Positions 52,738-61,848 of a stretch of 64,000 bases of DNA are shown piece after piece. How positions within the stretch are numbered: the stretch's first letter is position 1; every line of letters starts with the position of its first letter. The translations under genes were made by a program, and so were the position numbers. The stretch is from Armatimonadota bacterium (GTDB taxonomy: Bacteria; Armatimonadota; SYMT01). The notes beneath the pieces were generated by a model, which was given only the letters and a program-made list of their open reading frames with translations, was not told the DNA's origin and searched no databases. The DNA is taken from contig JAWLHY010000001.1 of assembly GCA_041690135.1 (NCBI GenBank), positions 1,376,001-1,440,000 on the forward strand, read 5' to 3'.

Positions 52738-52769
52738 AGCCCGCAGCCAGAACGTCCCGGCTGCGGGCT
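52738..52769 (+). terminator. Putative terminator hairpin
   Basis: AGCCCGCAGCC-N10-GGCTGCGGGCT, weak T tail. Confidence 0.5.
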
Positions 52770-52874
52770 ATGTCCGTTTAGGTAGCGTTCCGCGGCGGCC
52801 ATTCCACCGGGGCTTTGTCGGAATGCGGTACAATTCTTGTGTCGCGATCTCGCACCCGCGGTAGGATCACGCCC

Positions 52875-54065
52875 ATGCCGTCCGCAGCCTCCCATCCAGA
52901 CCTGCGCCAAAATCATGCATGCCCGCGTTCTATCCGAACGCCGGCCCGGTTGCTCGGGCCGGTGGCGGTGCTGCTCGCTATGGCCTTGCCTGGGGCGGCC
53001 GACCCGATCCCCTCTTACGTCAAGCTCCCCGAAGACGTGCGCGCGGAGGTACGGGCCCTGGATCAGGCTCGGGGACGAGCGACAGGGCCGCTCACCGCAG
53101 CCCAACTCCGGCGCTTCGCGGGGTCACTGCCTCGGCCCCCCACGCAAAAGGGACAACTCTACTTCGCGGTCGCCTCCGCGGACCTGTCGCTCTTTGACGC
53201 GTTGGCGGGCGGTTCCCGATCCGAGGGCGCGCAAGACCCGGAGACCGGGATGACAGCCCTGATGATCGCGGCGGAGATCGGCCAGTGGGACGCGGCCACC
53301 CGGCTGGTGCGGCTCGTGCGGGGCGACGACGGCGAGTTTGTGTTCCGCTGTGAATACGGGGACGCCTACTACAAGCACCGTTGCGATCGATACGGCTACA
53401 CCGCGCTGATGCACGCGGCTTCCGCCGGGCAGACGGAAATCGTCAACTATCTCCTCAACGCCGGGGCGCCGCCGGACAAGCGGTGCTACGTGGCCCGCTT
53501 CGATGCCCTGCAACTCGCGCAGAATAACCGGCACGATCTCGCCGCGGCCGCCCTCCAGCGCCGGTTGTCCGAACAGGAGGCGCGGCGCCGTGAGGAGCAG
53601 CGCCTTCAGGAAGAGCAGGACCACCAGTTTCTCCATTCCGGCTGGTGGCGTGACATGCTGATGAACAATGGAGACCTGTTCGCCTCCCTGCTGGTGACGG
53701 CGCTCCTCTCGCTGGGCGGTTTCCTGTTCGTGCACGTCACGGTCCGGGGGATGATCGGTCGCGACCGCCGTGAATTATTGGTGGGGCTGCTCACGCGCGC
53801 GTTCGTCGAAGAGGCCGAGCGCGATCCTGGAGCCACGCGCTGGACCTATACCGAGGTCGAGCGCCTGGTGCGCACTTTTGTGGGCGAGCTGCGGTGGCGT
53901 CGTGACTTCATGACGCGCTGGCACCCCGCCCACTGGCCCCCCTCGTTCGATCAGGTGGTTGGAATTGCCCGGGACTATCAGTCGGAAACCGCGGAGTATG
54001 TGTGGAAGACCCTCCGCCCCACCGGTGCGGTTTCGGCGGGCTCCCCTTCAGGGAGTTCCAAATGA
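52875..54065 (+). CDS. Ankyrin-repeat protein with signal-like segment, coiled coil, single TM and C-terminal domain
   Basis: GMTALMIAA..G and GYTALMHAASAGQ.EIV.YLL.AGA; TM LFASLLVTALLSLGGFLFVHVTV; start uncertain. Confidence 0.8.
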   Translation: MPSAASHPDLRQNHACPRSIRTPARLLGPVAVLLAMALPGAADPIPSYVKLPEDVRAEVRALDQARGRATGPLTAAQLRRFAGSLPRPPTQKGQLYFAVASADLSLFDALAGGSRSEGAQDPETGMTALMIAAEIGQWDAATRLVRLVRGDDGEFVFRCEYGDAYYKHRCDRYGYTALMHAASAGQTEIVNYLLNAGAPPDKRCYVARFDALQLAQNNRHDLAAAALQRRLSEQEARRREEQRLQEEQDHQFLHSGWWRDMLMNNGDLFASLLVTALLSLGGFLFVHVTVRGMIGRDRRELLVGLLTRAFVEEAERDPGATRWTYTEVERLVRTFVGELRWRRDFMTRWHPAHWPPSFDQVVGIARDYQSETAEYVWKTLRPTGAVSAGSPSGSSK

Positions 54066-57007
54066 CCCTGGAGGGTACGAGCACGGGGGGAGACGCACTT
54101 TATGTGCGTGGCTGGTGGGGTCGGACCGTCGAGTACCTTGCCGGGCTGTTCGGCGCTTCCGGGGAAACGGAAGCTTCCCCAGCAGAGGGCGCCGCCGTGG
54201 CGGGAATCGTCCCGGCTGGCACGGCGAAATCGCCGCCTCTCGTGGCCAGCCTCGCCTGGGAACGTGAAGGCCCGCCTCTCTTCGGGCACGATTGGCCCCC
54301 CACCCCCGCCACTTACCAGGCGCCTCAAGGCGAGCGTGCCGCCGCGGCCACCCTCCTCCGGCAGGTCCTGGCGGATGCGACCCAGCCGGTGGTGTGCCTC
54401 CATGGACTTACGGGCATCGGCAAGTCCACGCTGGTCGTGGAAACACTGGAAGACGGTGAGCAGCTCTTCGGCCAGGAGTTCTGCGTTTGGATCAACTGCG
54501 AGCAATACCGCGGCCGGGAGCGGAAGGCGCTGGGAACATTCGTCAGCCAGTACCTGCTGGAGGCGATGCCGGGTCTTCAGCCTGCCGGTAGGACCGGAGC
54601 AGAAGCCGCCGATGTTCTTCCGCTGGAAACGGCGGCCCGCTGTCCCGCCCTGCTGGTGATGGACAACTTCGAGGCGATGCTCGATGCGCAGGACTGTTAC
54701 CAGGGCGACCCCTGGGTCTGGGACCTCCTGCGCCTGCGCACCCGCCAGGCCGCCCGGCGTGGGGGCCCGGGTCTCAAGGTTCTCCTCATCAGTTGGCGCG
54801 CGCCGCGGGACATGGATGCGCAGGGCAACGCGGTGGTGCGTCCCCTGGCGCTGGATGAGGGCCTGAGTGACGCGCAAATGCACGACCTCCTGGATGCGGT
54901 CTGGGCGGGCACGATCCAGGGTAAAGCATTGCGGCGGGCCAGCGGCGAGCAGAAGGCGGAGCTGGTACGCCTCTGTGGCGGCAACCCGGCGGCGCTCAAT
55001 GCAGCTTTGACGGCGCTCCGGTTGCAGGAGGGGATCCGCTCGCTGGAAGATCTGCTGGCGCTACCTTTTCTTCAACTCGTAACAGATAACCAGGGACGGG
55101 AGATCAACCTGCGCCGGTACGTCCGCGAGGTCATGCGCCAGGCACGCCAGAACCCGGAGCGGAGGGCCGTTTTGTACGCCCTGGCCCTCCTGCGTCTCCC
55201 TACCCCCGCGGATGATGCCGAGGACGGTGTGCCGAGCCTGGCCAACCGGGTTCACGCACTGGATGGTCGTGTGGAAGCGGCTGCCGATGATGGACCGGCG
55301 GTAGGCGAAGGGGGAGAGCGCGAGCCGGTTACGGGTGAGAATCGAAAGCGAAGAGCGTTGACGCCTCGCCAGGTGAGACAGCACCTGGAGCGCCTGGCGC
55401 CCGGTTTCGTGCGGGTTCACGACAGCGAGGGAGCGGGGCCGATCACCTACAGCCTGAGTCCCCTTTTCGCCAGTGCCGTCTACGAAGAGCTGCGCGAGGA
55501 ATCGGCTCCCGTCCTGGCGCGGCTGATGGAGGCCACGGCCCAGCACTATCAATCGCTGCTGGAAAACCTTCCCGACGCGCTGCGGCCTGAAGAAACGGGC
55601 GAGCCCGCCGGACCCTCGTCGATGGGCGCGCGCTATCGCCTGGAGACACCCGAATACCGCAAGTACATCGCGGAGTGGCTCCGGGCCATGTTGGGCAATC
55701 CCGAACGGGACCCACAGGAGAACCGCGCCAGCCTCGCGGCGGTCGTGCTGAAATTGCACTGGTGGTGGGCGACGTTCGTGCCGTGGGAAGTGTTCGACCA
55801 CGTGCTATCTACCATCGAGCTCGGTCTGCGCCTGGCCGGGCATCTGCAGACCGACGCGGACTTCGGCGAAGAGCGTCGCTTGGTGGAGAAGTTGCGGGAG
55901 TTCGATGTGCACTGGCCAAAGGAAAGCCGCTGGACGGTTGACCCCGATCCGGTGGAATGTCGCCGGGCGCGGGAAGCGCTCCTGGCGGTGCGTCGTGTTC
56001 TTGACTGTGATTATCCCGTCAACGAAGAAGGTGTCTCCCGCCCCACTCTTACCGGCGATCTGCGGGCGGTGGCGGCGATCACGGATATGTATCTGGGCGA
56101 TCTGTGGCTGTTCGAGTTTCGGTTCGGATCTCGGCAGGCAGCCGTGGTGGACCAGGCGGCCCTCTGGATGCAGAGTGCCCGCCGCCGTTACGCGGGGTCG
56201 GCGCACGACGCTGCCGAGAAGGTCCAGGATGAAGACCTCAGTTGGTCCGAGATCTACGTGATTGCCAGCCAGGGCTACCTGGAATGGGAGCGTGGTGACC
56301 GGCTCGCAGCGCTTCGGTTTGCGCGGGAAGGACTGGAGCGCTGCCTGGCAGCGGACCGCTCCGCGCAGGATGAGGCGGATGATGCGGATGCGGATGACGG
56401 CGGGTACGAGGAGCGGGATGCCCGGGCGAAGGTTTATGTAACGTTGGGTGAGGGCCTTCTGAAAGAAAATCCTCAGCTTGCGTTGGACTGTTTTCGGTTG
56501 GCCCACTGGGAAGCGTTCGCCTATCTGTGGGATCCGCCCACGGATCCGCCGAACGACGACTACACGCTGACGCATTACCGGATCACCTGCGAGCGATTCA
56601 TCCATGCACTGCGATGCGTATTTGCGGAAAGCGAAAGGCCCGAGATGGCGCTCGCGGTGGCACGCCAGACACGCGAGTTCTGGCTGGAATGGAGCCGCGG
56701 TGACTGCCATCCCTGCCCAGCTCCGAGGTTGGATCGGGAAGGGGAAGTGTGGGAGAATCTCCTCCGGGAGTGGTCTCCGCAAGAGCGAGGGTGGCTCACG
56801 CCGGATATCACTCCATCTGACCGCGCCCGTGCGCTGACGCAACAGTACCAGGCATGCGCGGCGGCATTATTTCCTGAACTACCGAACGCAGAGGATCGTG
56901 CGTACCGGGACGCGGCGCGGGCCTTTACCCGGACTCATTTTGCGGAACCGTTTCGGCTCCGAGATAAACTCCTGGATTACGTCCGTTGTCAGTTGGCCGA
57001 AGAATAG
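54062..57007 (+). CDS. STAND (NB-ARC-like) P-loop NTPase with helical/TPR-like C-terminus
   Basis: Walker A GLTGIGKS, Walker B LLVMDNFE, sensor KVLLISWR, GxP motif LCGGNPAAL; ATGA overlap with the ankyrin gene. Confidence 0.85.
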   Translation: MTLEGTSTGGDALYVRGWWGRTVEYLAGLFGASGETEASPAEGAAVAGIVPAGTAKSPPLVASLAWEREGPPLFGHDWPPTPATYQAPQGERAAAATLLRQVLADATQPVVCLHGLTGIGKSTLVVETLEDGEQLFGQEFCVWINCEQYRGRERKALGTFVSQYLLEAMPGLQPAGRTGAEAADVLPLETAARCPALLVMDNFEAMLDAQDCYQGDPWVWDLLRLRTRQAARRGGPGLKVLLISWRAPRDMDAQGNAVVRPLALDEGLSDAQMHDLLDAVWAGTIQGKALRRASGEQKAELVRLCGGNPAALNAALTALRLQEGIRSLEDLLALPFLQLVTDNQGREINLRRYVREVMRQARQNPERRAVLYALALLRLPTPADDAEDGVPSLANRVHALDGRVEAAADDGPAVGEGGEREPVTGENRKRRALTPRQVRQHLERLAPGFVRVHDSEGAGPITYSLSPLFASAVYEELREESAPVLARLMEATAQHYQSLLENLPDALRPEETGEPAGPSSMGARYRLETPEYRKYIAEWLRAMLGNPERDPQENRASLAAVVLKLHWWWATFVPWEVFDHVLSTIELGLRLAGHLQTDADFGEERRLVEKLREFDVHWPKESRWTVDPDPVECRRAREALLAVRRVLDCDYPVNEEGVSRPTLTGDLRAVAAITDMYLGDLWLFEFRFGSRQAAVVDQAALWMQSARRRYAGSAHDAAEKVQDEDLSWSEIYVIASQGYLEWERGDRLAALRFAREGLERCLAADRSAQDEADDADADDGGYEERDARAKVYVTLGEGLLKENPQLALDCFRLAHWEAFAYLWDPPTDPPNDDYTLTHYRITCERFIHALRCVFAESERPEMALAVARQTREFWLEWSRGDCHPCPAPRLDREGEVWENLLREWSPQERGWLTPDITPSDRARALTQQYQACAAALFPELPNAEDRAYRDAARAFTRTHFAEPFRLRDKLLDYVRCQLAEE

Positions 57008-57015
57008 GTGGGAGC

Positions 57016-57759
57016 GTGCTGGAACTTCACGAGATTGAGGGCGTCCTGGATTCGGAGCTGGTGCCGTTTGCCCGACTCATCCAAACGCTCTTCCCGCCCG
57101 AGGAGCAGGTTCTCTTCTCGGAGGTGATCGAGCTGGCGCAGGCGAAATCTCGCGGCGAAGCGAAGGAACACCACTTTCTTACAGCGCGGGATCCCGAGAG
57201 TCGTGAAACAGTCGCCATGGCCTGGTACTGGTTGACTTCCCCTGATCCGGGATCGGATCGGGGTGAGGATCCCACGGATGGAAAGGAGAAGCTGTCGTCT
57301 CCCGGCGTGCCGGACCTGCGTGTGGCGTGGCTGTGGTACATTGCGGTCGATCCCCGGCACCAGTCGCAAGGATGCGGAGGGTGGCTCTACCGCGAAATCT
57401 GCCGCCGAGTCTTCCATGAGCACGGCTGCGGGTTGATGGTCCTGGAAGTCGAGCGGGTCGATGTAGCCGCCCGCCACTCGGAAGCACGGGCGGCGGACGC
57501 GAGACGTCGCCTCCGGTTTTACCAGGACCGGTGCGGAGCGCAGCGATTGGAAGGCATCGAATACATCCAGGAGACGGGTTGGCAACCCGGACTGCCGATG
57601 CACCTGCTGATCCAGTGGCCCGATCCTGCCCGCCCAGGATTATCCGCGGAAGCGTCGTTCCATCTCCTTAAGGGACTGTTCGGAGATCAACTGCGAGGCG
57701 TGGAAGGCGTCTCTCCGTGGCTGGCTGGATCAACAGCGGCTGGATCGACAGTGGAGTAG
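57016..57759 (+). CDS. GNAT family N-acetyltransferase
   Basis: FPPEE, LWYIAVDP.HQSQG.G (motif A), MVLEVE, RRLRFY; starts 8 nt after the STAND stop. Confidence 0.88.
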   Translation: MLELHEIEGVLDSELVPFARLIQTLFPPEEQVLFSEVIELAQAKSRGEAKEHHFLTARDPESRETVAMAWYWLTSPDPGSDRGEDPTDGKEKLSSPGVPDLRVAWLWYIAVDPRHQSQGCGGWLYREICRRVFHEHGCGLMVLEVERVDVAARHSEARAADARRRLRFYQDRCGAQRLEGIEYIQETGWQPGLPMHLLIQWPDPARPGLSAEASFHLLKGLFGDQLRGVEGVSPWLAGSTAAGSTVE

Positions 57760-58460
57760 CTTCCGGGCGGCGGAGGCGGAGGAGCGGCGATCGGACGCGG
57801 CGGAGGCTGGTTCTTCAGCAGGTGATCTACCGTGCGAGAAACGGTGGCGAATTGCGCCGGCCCCACGTTCACGAAGCTCCGATGGACTCTATGATCCTGG
57901 ATGATCAGAACCGTGCTGTCCACCATCGGGTTCAGCGACAACCAGGGCGGCACCGAAGTTGGTTGAAGGTAAAGCAGCGGAATTCTGGTGTGACGCTCGT
58001 CTGCCACCTTCTTGATGTGGCCGACGAGTTCGGTCCCGCCCATAAAGGCGACGCATCCTTCCAGCTTTTCACCTCGCGCCTGGTAGCGGGCCACGAGCGC
58101 ATCGATGTGCGCAGCCAGCCTGGCCGCATGCTCCAGTTCCGGTTTCACGAAGGCGGCGATTACCGGTCCGGAGCGCCAGTCTCACGTGTAGCAGTGTGTT
58201 TTCCCGCGATAGGGCCCCGTAACATCCACCATGGGGCTCGGCCCGATCCCCCATCCTACCGTGGGGCCTGAACGACCGGAGAGGAAATAGGCCCACCTGG
58301 CAACCGGCCGAAAATAGCCCTGCTGACCCAGGATGCCGATCCAGGCACTTGCCGCCAGTCCCACGAGAACTCCGGCCAATCGCTTGCGCCGCATACGCTT
58401 TCTTCTTCCTGCCTTCTTGCGGGCGGAGCGGTCCCGGAAACCTTTCCGGCGCCACGGCAT
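57687..58460 (-). CDS. Putative membrane-anchored thioredoxin-like selenoprotein (CxxU), 257 aa, Sec at codon 93 (TGA 58182-58184)
   Basis: Track ORFs 58182-58460 and 57687-58148 share a frame and are separated only by TGA: DVTGPYRGKTHCYT-U-DWRSGPVIAAFVKP; AAGGAGG before ATG 58460; hairpin directly 3' of the TGA. Confidence 0.78.
58130..58174 (-). promoter_or_regulatory. Candidate bacterial SECIS element
   Basis: GCUCCGG-A-CCGGU-AA-UCGC[CGCCUUC]GUGA-AA-ACCGG-AA-CUGGAGC; stem starts 7 nt after UGA, apical loop 26 nt after UGA with G at loop position 2. Confidence 0.62.
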
Positions 58461-58765
58461 TCGGCCTCCTTAGTCAGGCACTTAGACGATGTGCCTAGGG
58501 TGTCGTTAATCCGCTCTCTCCTCCAGCCGTTGGTCGCATGCGGCTTTTGGGCTCCGCCCGGCTGGAAGCGCGGGCGCACCACGATGCCGTGCCGCCCGCC
58601 GGCTAGTCACCCCTTCGGACCTACTGGGGGAAGAGATTCGGTCACAGGCCCTCATCGGTCAGGTCCGGGTGCTCGCGGGTCCGTTGAAAACGTAGAACAA
58701 GAGGGGCGCTTCCGGTCGGATAACGGCGGTCCCGATGGTGTGCGGATCGAATAACAGGTGGGCGT

Positions 58766-59482
58766 GTGGTGCAGGCAGGGAACACAGGGGCGGAAGTATC
58801 GCCCATCATCGAAGTGCGCGATCTGAAGGTGAAGCTCGCCCACGGCACCGCAGCCTCCTGGGTCCTGGATATCCCCCACTGGAATGTGCATCCCGGCGAG
58901 CAGGCGGCTCTATTTGGCCGGTCGGGTTGCGGGAAGTCGACTCTCCTCCACGTGCTCTCCGGGGTTCTGATGCCCACCTCCGGCAGCGTCCGGGTCTGCG
59001 GCACGGACCTGACCACGCTCGACGAGGCGAAACGGGATGCTTTTCGCGCGCACAAGATCGGCTATGTCTTCCAGAACCTGAACCTGCTCCCCGGTTACAC
59101 GGCTCTGGAGAACGTGCTCCTGGGTGCGTCCTTCTCCGGTCGCGTGGATCGGGCGAAGGCGGTAAGCCTGCTCAAAGCGATGGATCTTGCCGATCGCCTG
59201 AATCAGCCGCCGAACGCGCTTTCCCTGGGAGAACAACAGCGGGTGGCCGTCGCCCGCGCCCTGGTCAAGGAGCCGGAACTGGTGCTGGCGGACGAGCCGA
59301 CCGCATCGCTCGACCCCCGGAACTCCGCGCGGGTGATCGACCTGTTGCAGGCTGCATGCCGTGGCTGCGGCAGTACCCTGGTGCTGGTGACCCACGAACC
59401 GGAGGTGCTGACGCGTTTCGAGCGACAAGTGCCGTTCCGGGATCTGAACCGTCCGGGCGAAGAAGTGGAGCGCCGGCGGTGA
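58766..59482 (+). CDS. ABC transporter ATP-binding protein (LolD/MacB type)
   Basis: GRSGCGKS, IGYVFQ, LSLGEQQRVAVARA, LADEPT, VTH. Confidence 0.93.
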   Translation: MVQAGNTGAEVSPIIEVRDLKVKLAHGTAASWVLDIPHWNVHPGEQAALFGRSGCGKSTLLHVLSGVLMPTSGSVRVCGTDLTTLDEAKRDAFRAHKIGYVFQNLNLLPGYTALENVLLGASFSGRVDRAKAVSLLKAMDLADRLNQPPNALSLGEQQRVAVARALVKEPELVLADEPTASLDPRNSARVIDLLQAACRGCGSTLVLVTHEPEVLTRFERQVPFRDLNRPGEEVERRR

Positions 59483-60723
59483 GTTTCTTGCAGATCCTGC
59501 TGCGCAGTCTCCGGCGGCATCGCCTCTCCGGCGCGCTCGCCCTGCTCAGCACCGCGCTCGGGGTGGCCCTGATTGTGGCGGTCGTCTCCTTCCGCGAACA
59601 GTCGCACCGGCAGTTCGAAACGGAGGGCATGGGCGTCGACGCGATCCTTGCCCCCCGGGGATCGGCGCTGCAGGTGGTGCTCAACAGCCTCTACCACCTG
59701 GATGAAATGCCGGGAACGCTTCCGTGGCGCGAGTACGAGCGCGTCCGGCAGGACGAGTTGGTGGTGGAAGCCTTCCCTTTTGCCACCGGGCACTCCTATT
59801 CCGGATTCCGTGTGAACGCGGTCGAGCCGCGGTTTTTTGCCCGGTTCGAGCACCGTCCCGGGCGGGGCCTTTCGTTCGCGCCCGAAGACGGCGGGCAAGG
59901 CCGTCCGTTCGACGCACGGGGAGAGGCGGTAGCCGGCTGGGCCGCGGCGCGGACGCTAGGTCTGACCGTGGGCCAGACCTTCCATCCCGTGCACGGGGTC
60001 CGCGCGGGAGATCCGCCCCATGCGGAGGACGCGCTGCGCATCGTCGGCATTATGGCGCCCACCGGCACCCCGCACGACCGGGTCCTGTATATCCCGCTGG
60101 CGTCGTTCTACACTCTGGGCGGACACGGTGAGACGGTGGCGCGTATGGCGGATCATCCGGGTGAGCGGGAGATCAGCGGCGTCTACTTGCGCCTTCGGCA
60201 CATCCGGGGCGGCGCCCTACACCCAGGAATCCAGCAGTTAAAATATGAGGTGAACCGCCGCCCCGCGGTCCAACTGGTGGTGCCGAACGAGGTCCTGCCC
60301 CAACTGCTGGATATCATTGGTTGGGCTGACCGGGTCCTCTTCCTGCTGGGAACACTGGTAATTGGACTGGGCGGAGCGTTTCTGTTCGTGGTACTGGTGA
60401 CCGCGCTACGGGAACAACGCCGCGACCTGGCGCTGCTGCGGATGCTCGGAGCGGGTCGAAAAACGGTGTTCGGATTGATCCTGGCCCAGGCTCTACTCCT
60501 CAGCCTGGGCAGCGCTATACTGGGCCTTGCGGCGGGGCATGCCGTGATAGCTTGGGGTAGCCAGGCGGTGGCCCAGGAAACCGGGCTGCGGTTTTCGGAG
60601 GGGTTCCTTTCGACAGCCGATGTCTGGACTATTCCGGCGATGCTGGTGCTGGGCGCGGTGGCCGGTTTGTTTCCGGCAGTCCAGGCCTACCGGATGGACG
60701 TACTAGAAGGGCTGCGAGCATAG
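59479..60723 (+). CDS. ABC transporter permease (MacB/FtsX type)
   Basis: GS.LQ.VL.SLYH, His-rich HPVHG...H, GTPHDR, RDLALLR.LGA; GTGA overlap. Confidence 0.88.
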   Translation: MSFLQILLRSLRRHRLSGALALLSTALGVALIVAVVSFREQSHRQFETEGMGVDAILAPRGSALQVVLNSLYHLDEMPGTLPWREYERVRQDELVVEAFPFATGHSYSGFRVNAVEPRFFARFEHRPGRGLSFAPEDGGQGRPFDARGEAVAGWAAARTLGLTVGQTFHPVHGVRAGDPPHAEDALRIVGIMAPTGTPHDRVLYIPLASFYTLGGHGETVARMADHPGEREISGVYLRLRHIRGGALHPGIQQLKYEVNRRPAVQLVVPNEVLPQLLDIIGWADRVLFLLGTLVIGLGGAFLFVVLVTALREQRRDLALLRMLGAGRKTVFGLILAQALLLSLGSAILGLAAGHAVIAWGSQAVAQETGLRFSEGFLSTADVWTIPAMLVLGAVAGLFPAVQAYRMDVLEGLRA

Positions 60724-60729
60724 GGCGTT

Positions 60730-61848
60730 ATGTTGTACATTCGCAATCGCCGCTGGTTGAGTGTGGGGTTGGTGCTTTGTCTCGCACTGGTAGCAGCCAA
60801 CCGGGCGGAGGCTTTCCTGCGCGGCCGAGCCGCCCGGGAGAGCCGGGCGCGGGCGATCGGTCGCAGCGTGCGCCTGGAAACAAACTCGCAGGGACATAAC
60901 TCCATCGGCATCGATGAAGCGGCCCTGGCACAGGCGGAAGCGGAGCGTTTTCTCTATTTCGGCACCCTGGCGCAGTGGGAGTACTCCCGGGAATTACCCA
61001 TTGAGTGCCCGCCCGCGGTGAAGCAGCTCAGCGGCCGGCGGTTCACCAGCGTCGGGTTCATGTATCCGCTGGAAGCCGGGGAGAAGATCCGCACCTTCTG
61101 CCTGCTCCGCAGTACGCAAACCTGCTGCTACGGGCCCCGGCCCCAGTACAACCAGTACCTGCTCGTGGAGACCCCCACTCCCGTCTCCTTCGAGCGGTTC
61201 GCCCCGGTGGCCGTTTCCGGCAAGCTCGTGGTGGAGGCAAACCCGGACGAGGGCTACATTTACCGGATGGAGGCGGACGCAGTCTGGAGCGCGGAAGGCG
61301 AGATCCCGGAAGTCGATCCCGTTTCGGCCGCTGCCCGGGCACGGCTGCCGCTGTTCAATTTCGCACCACTGGAAACAATGGGTGCTTCCGTTGGTAAGAC
61401 TTCGAAGGCTCCCGCGGAACTCCAGGCGCTCGACGGTCGCAAAGTGGTTATTTCCGGCTTCTGCGTGGACCGCACCCCAGGCGGTCAGCCGCAGATCACC
61501 GTGGGAAAGCGGTGGTGGGATGGCGTAAGCCAGGGCGAGCCCCCTACCATCCACAATGCGGTCATTGTAGAGCCGGCGGATGCGGACCAAGTCCCCCCCG
61601 TCTGGCAGCCGGAGCAGACGTTCACCGGAACCCTGCACATTACCGAGGACCCGGACCGCTGGCGTGATGAGGGCATCCTCCAGATCCGCGAAGCGGTGCT
61701 GGGCGTGCCGGGTGTGACCCCGCCCGCGGGAGCGCGGCGCGGGCGGCCCCGGATACCGTGGCCGGGAGAGGCGTTAGCGCTGTGCCTGGCGGTCCTGCCT
61801 GCGCTCGGAATACACCGTAAGTCCTCGCCGGAAGGGATCCATCCATGA
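60730..61848 (+). CDS. DUF3299-like protein with two related domains
   Basis: L.G......GFMYPL...F.L....TCCYG..P..NQ; second unit LDGRKV.ISGF...PP...N. Confidence 0.75.
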   Translation: MLYIRNRRWLSVGLVLCLALVAANRAEAFLRGRAARESRARAIGRSVRLETNSQGHNSIGIDEAALAQAEAERFLYFGTLAQWEYSRELPIECPPAVKQLSGRRFTSVGFMYPLEAGEKIRTFCLLRSTQTCCYGPRPQYNQYLLVETPTPVSFERFAPVAVSGKLVVEANPDEGYIYRMEADAVWSAEGEIPEVDPVSAAARARLPLFNFAPLETMGASVGKTSKAPAELQALDGRKVVISGFCVDRTPGGQPQITVGKRWWDGVSQGEPPTIHNAVIVEPADADQVPPVWQPEQTFTGTLHITEDPDRWRDEGILQIREAVLGVPGVTPPAGARRGRPRIPWPGEALALCLAVLPALGIHRKSSPEGIHP

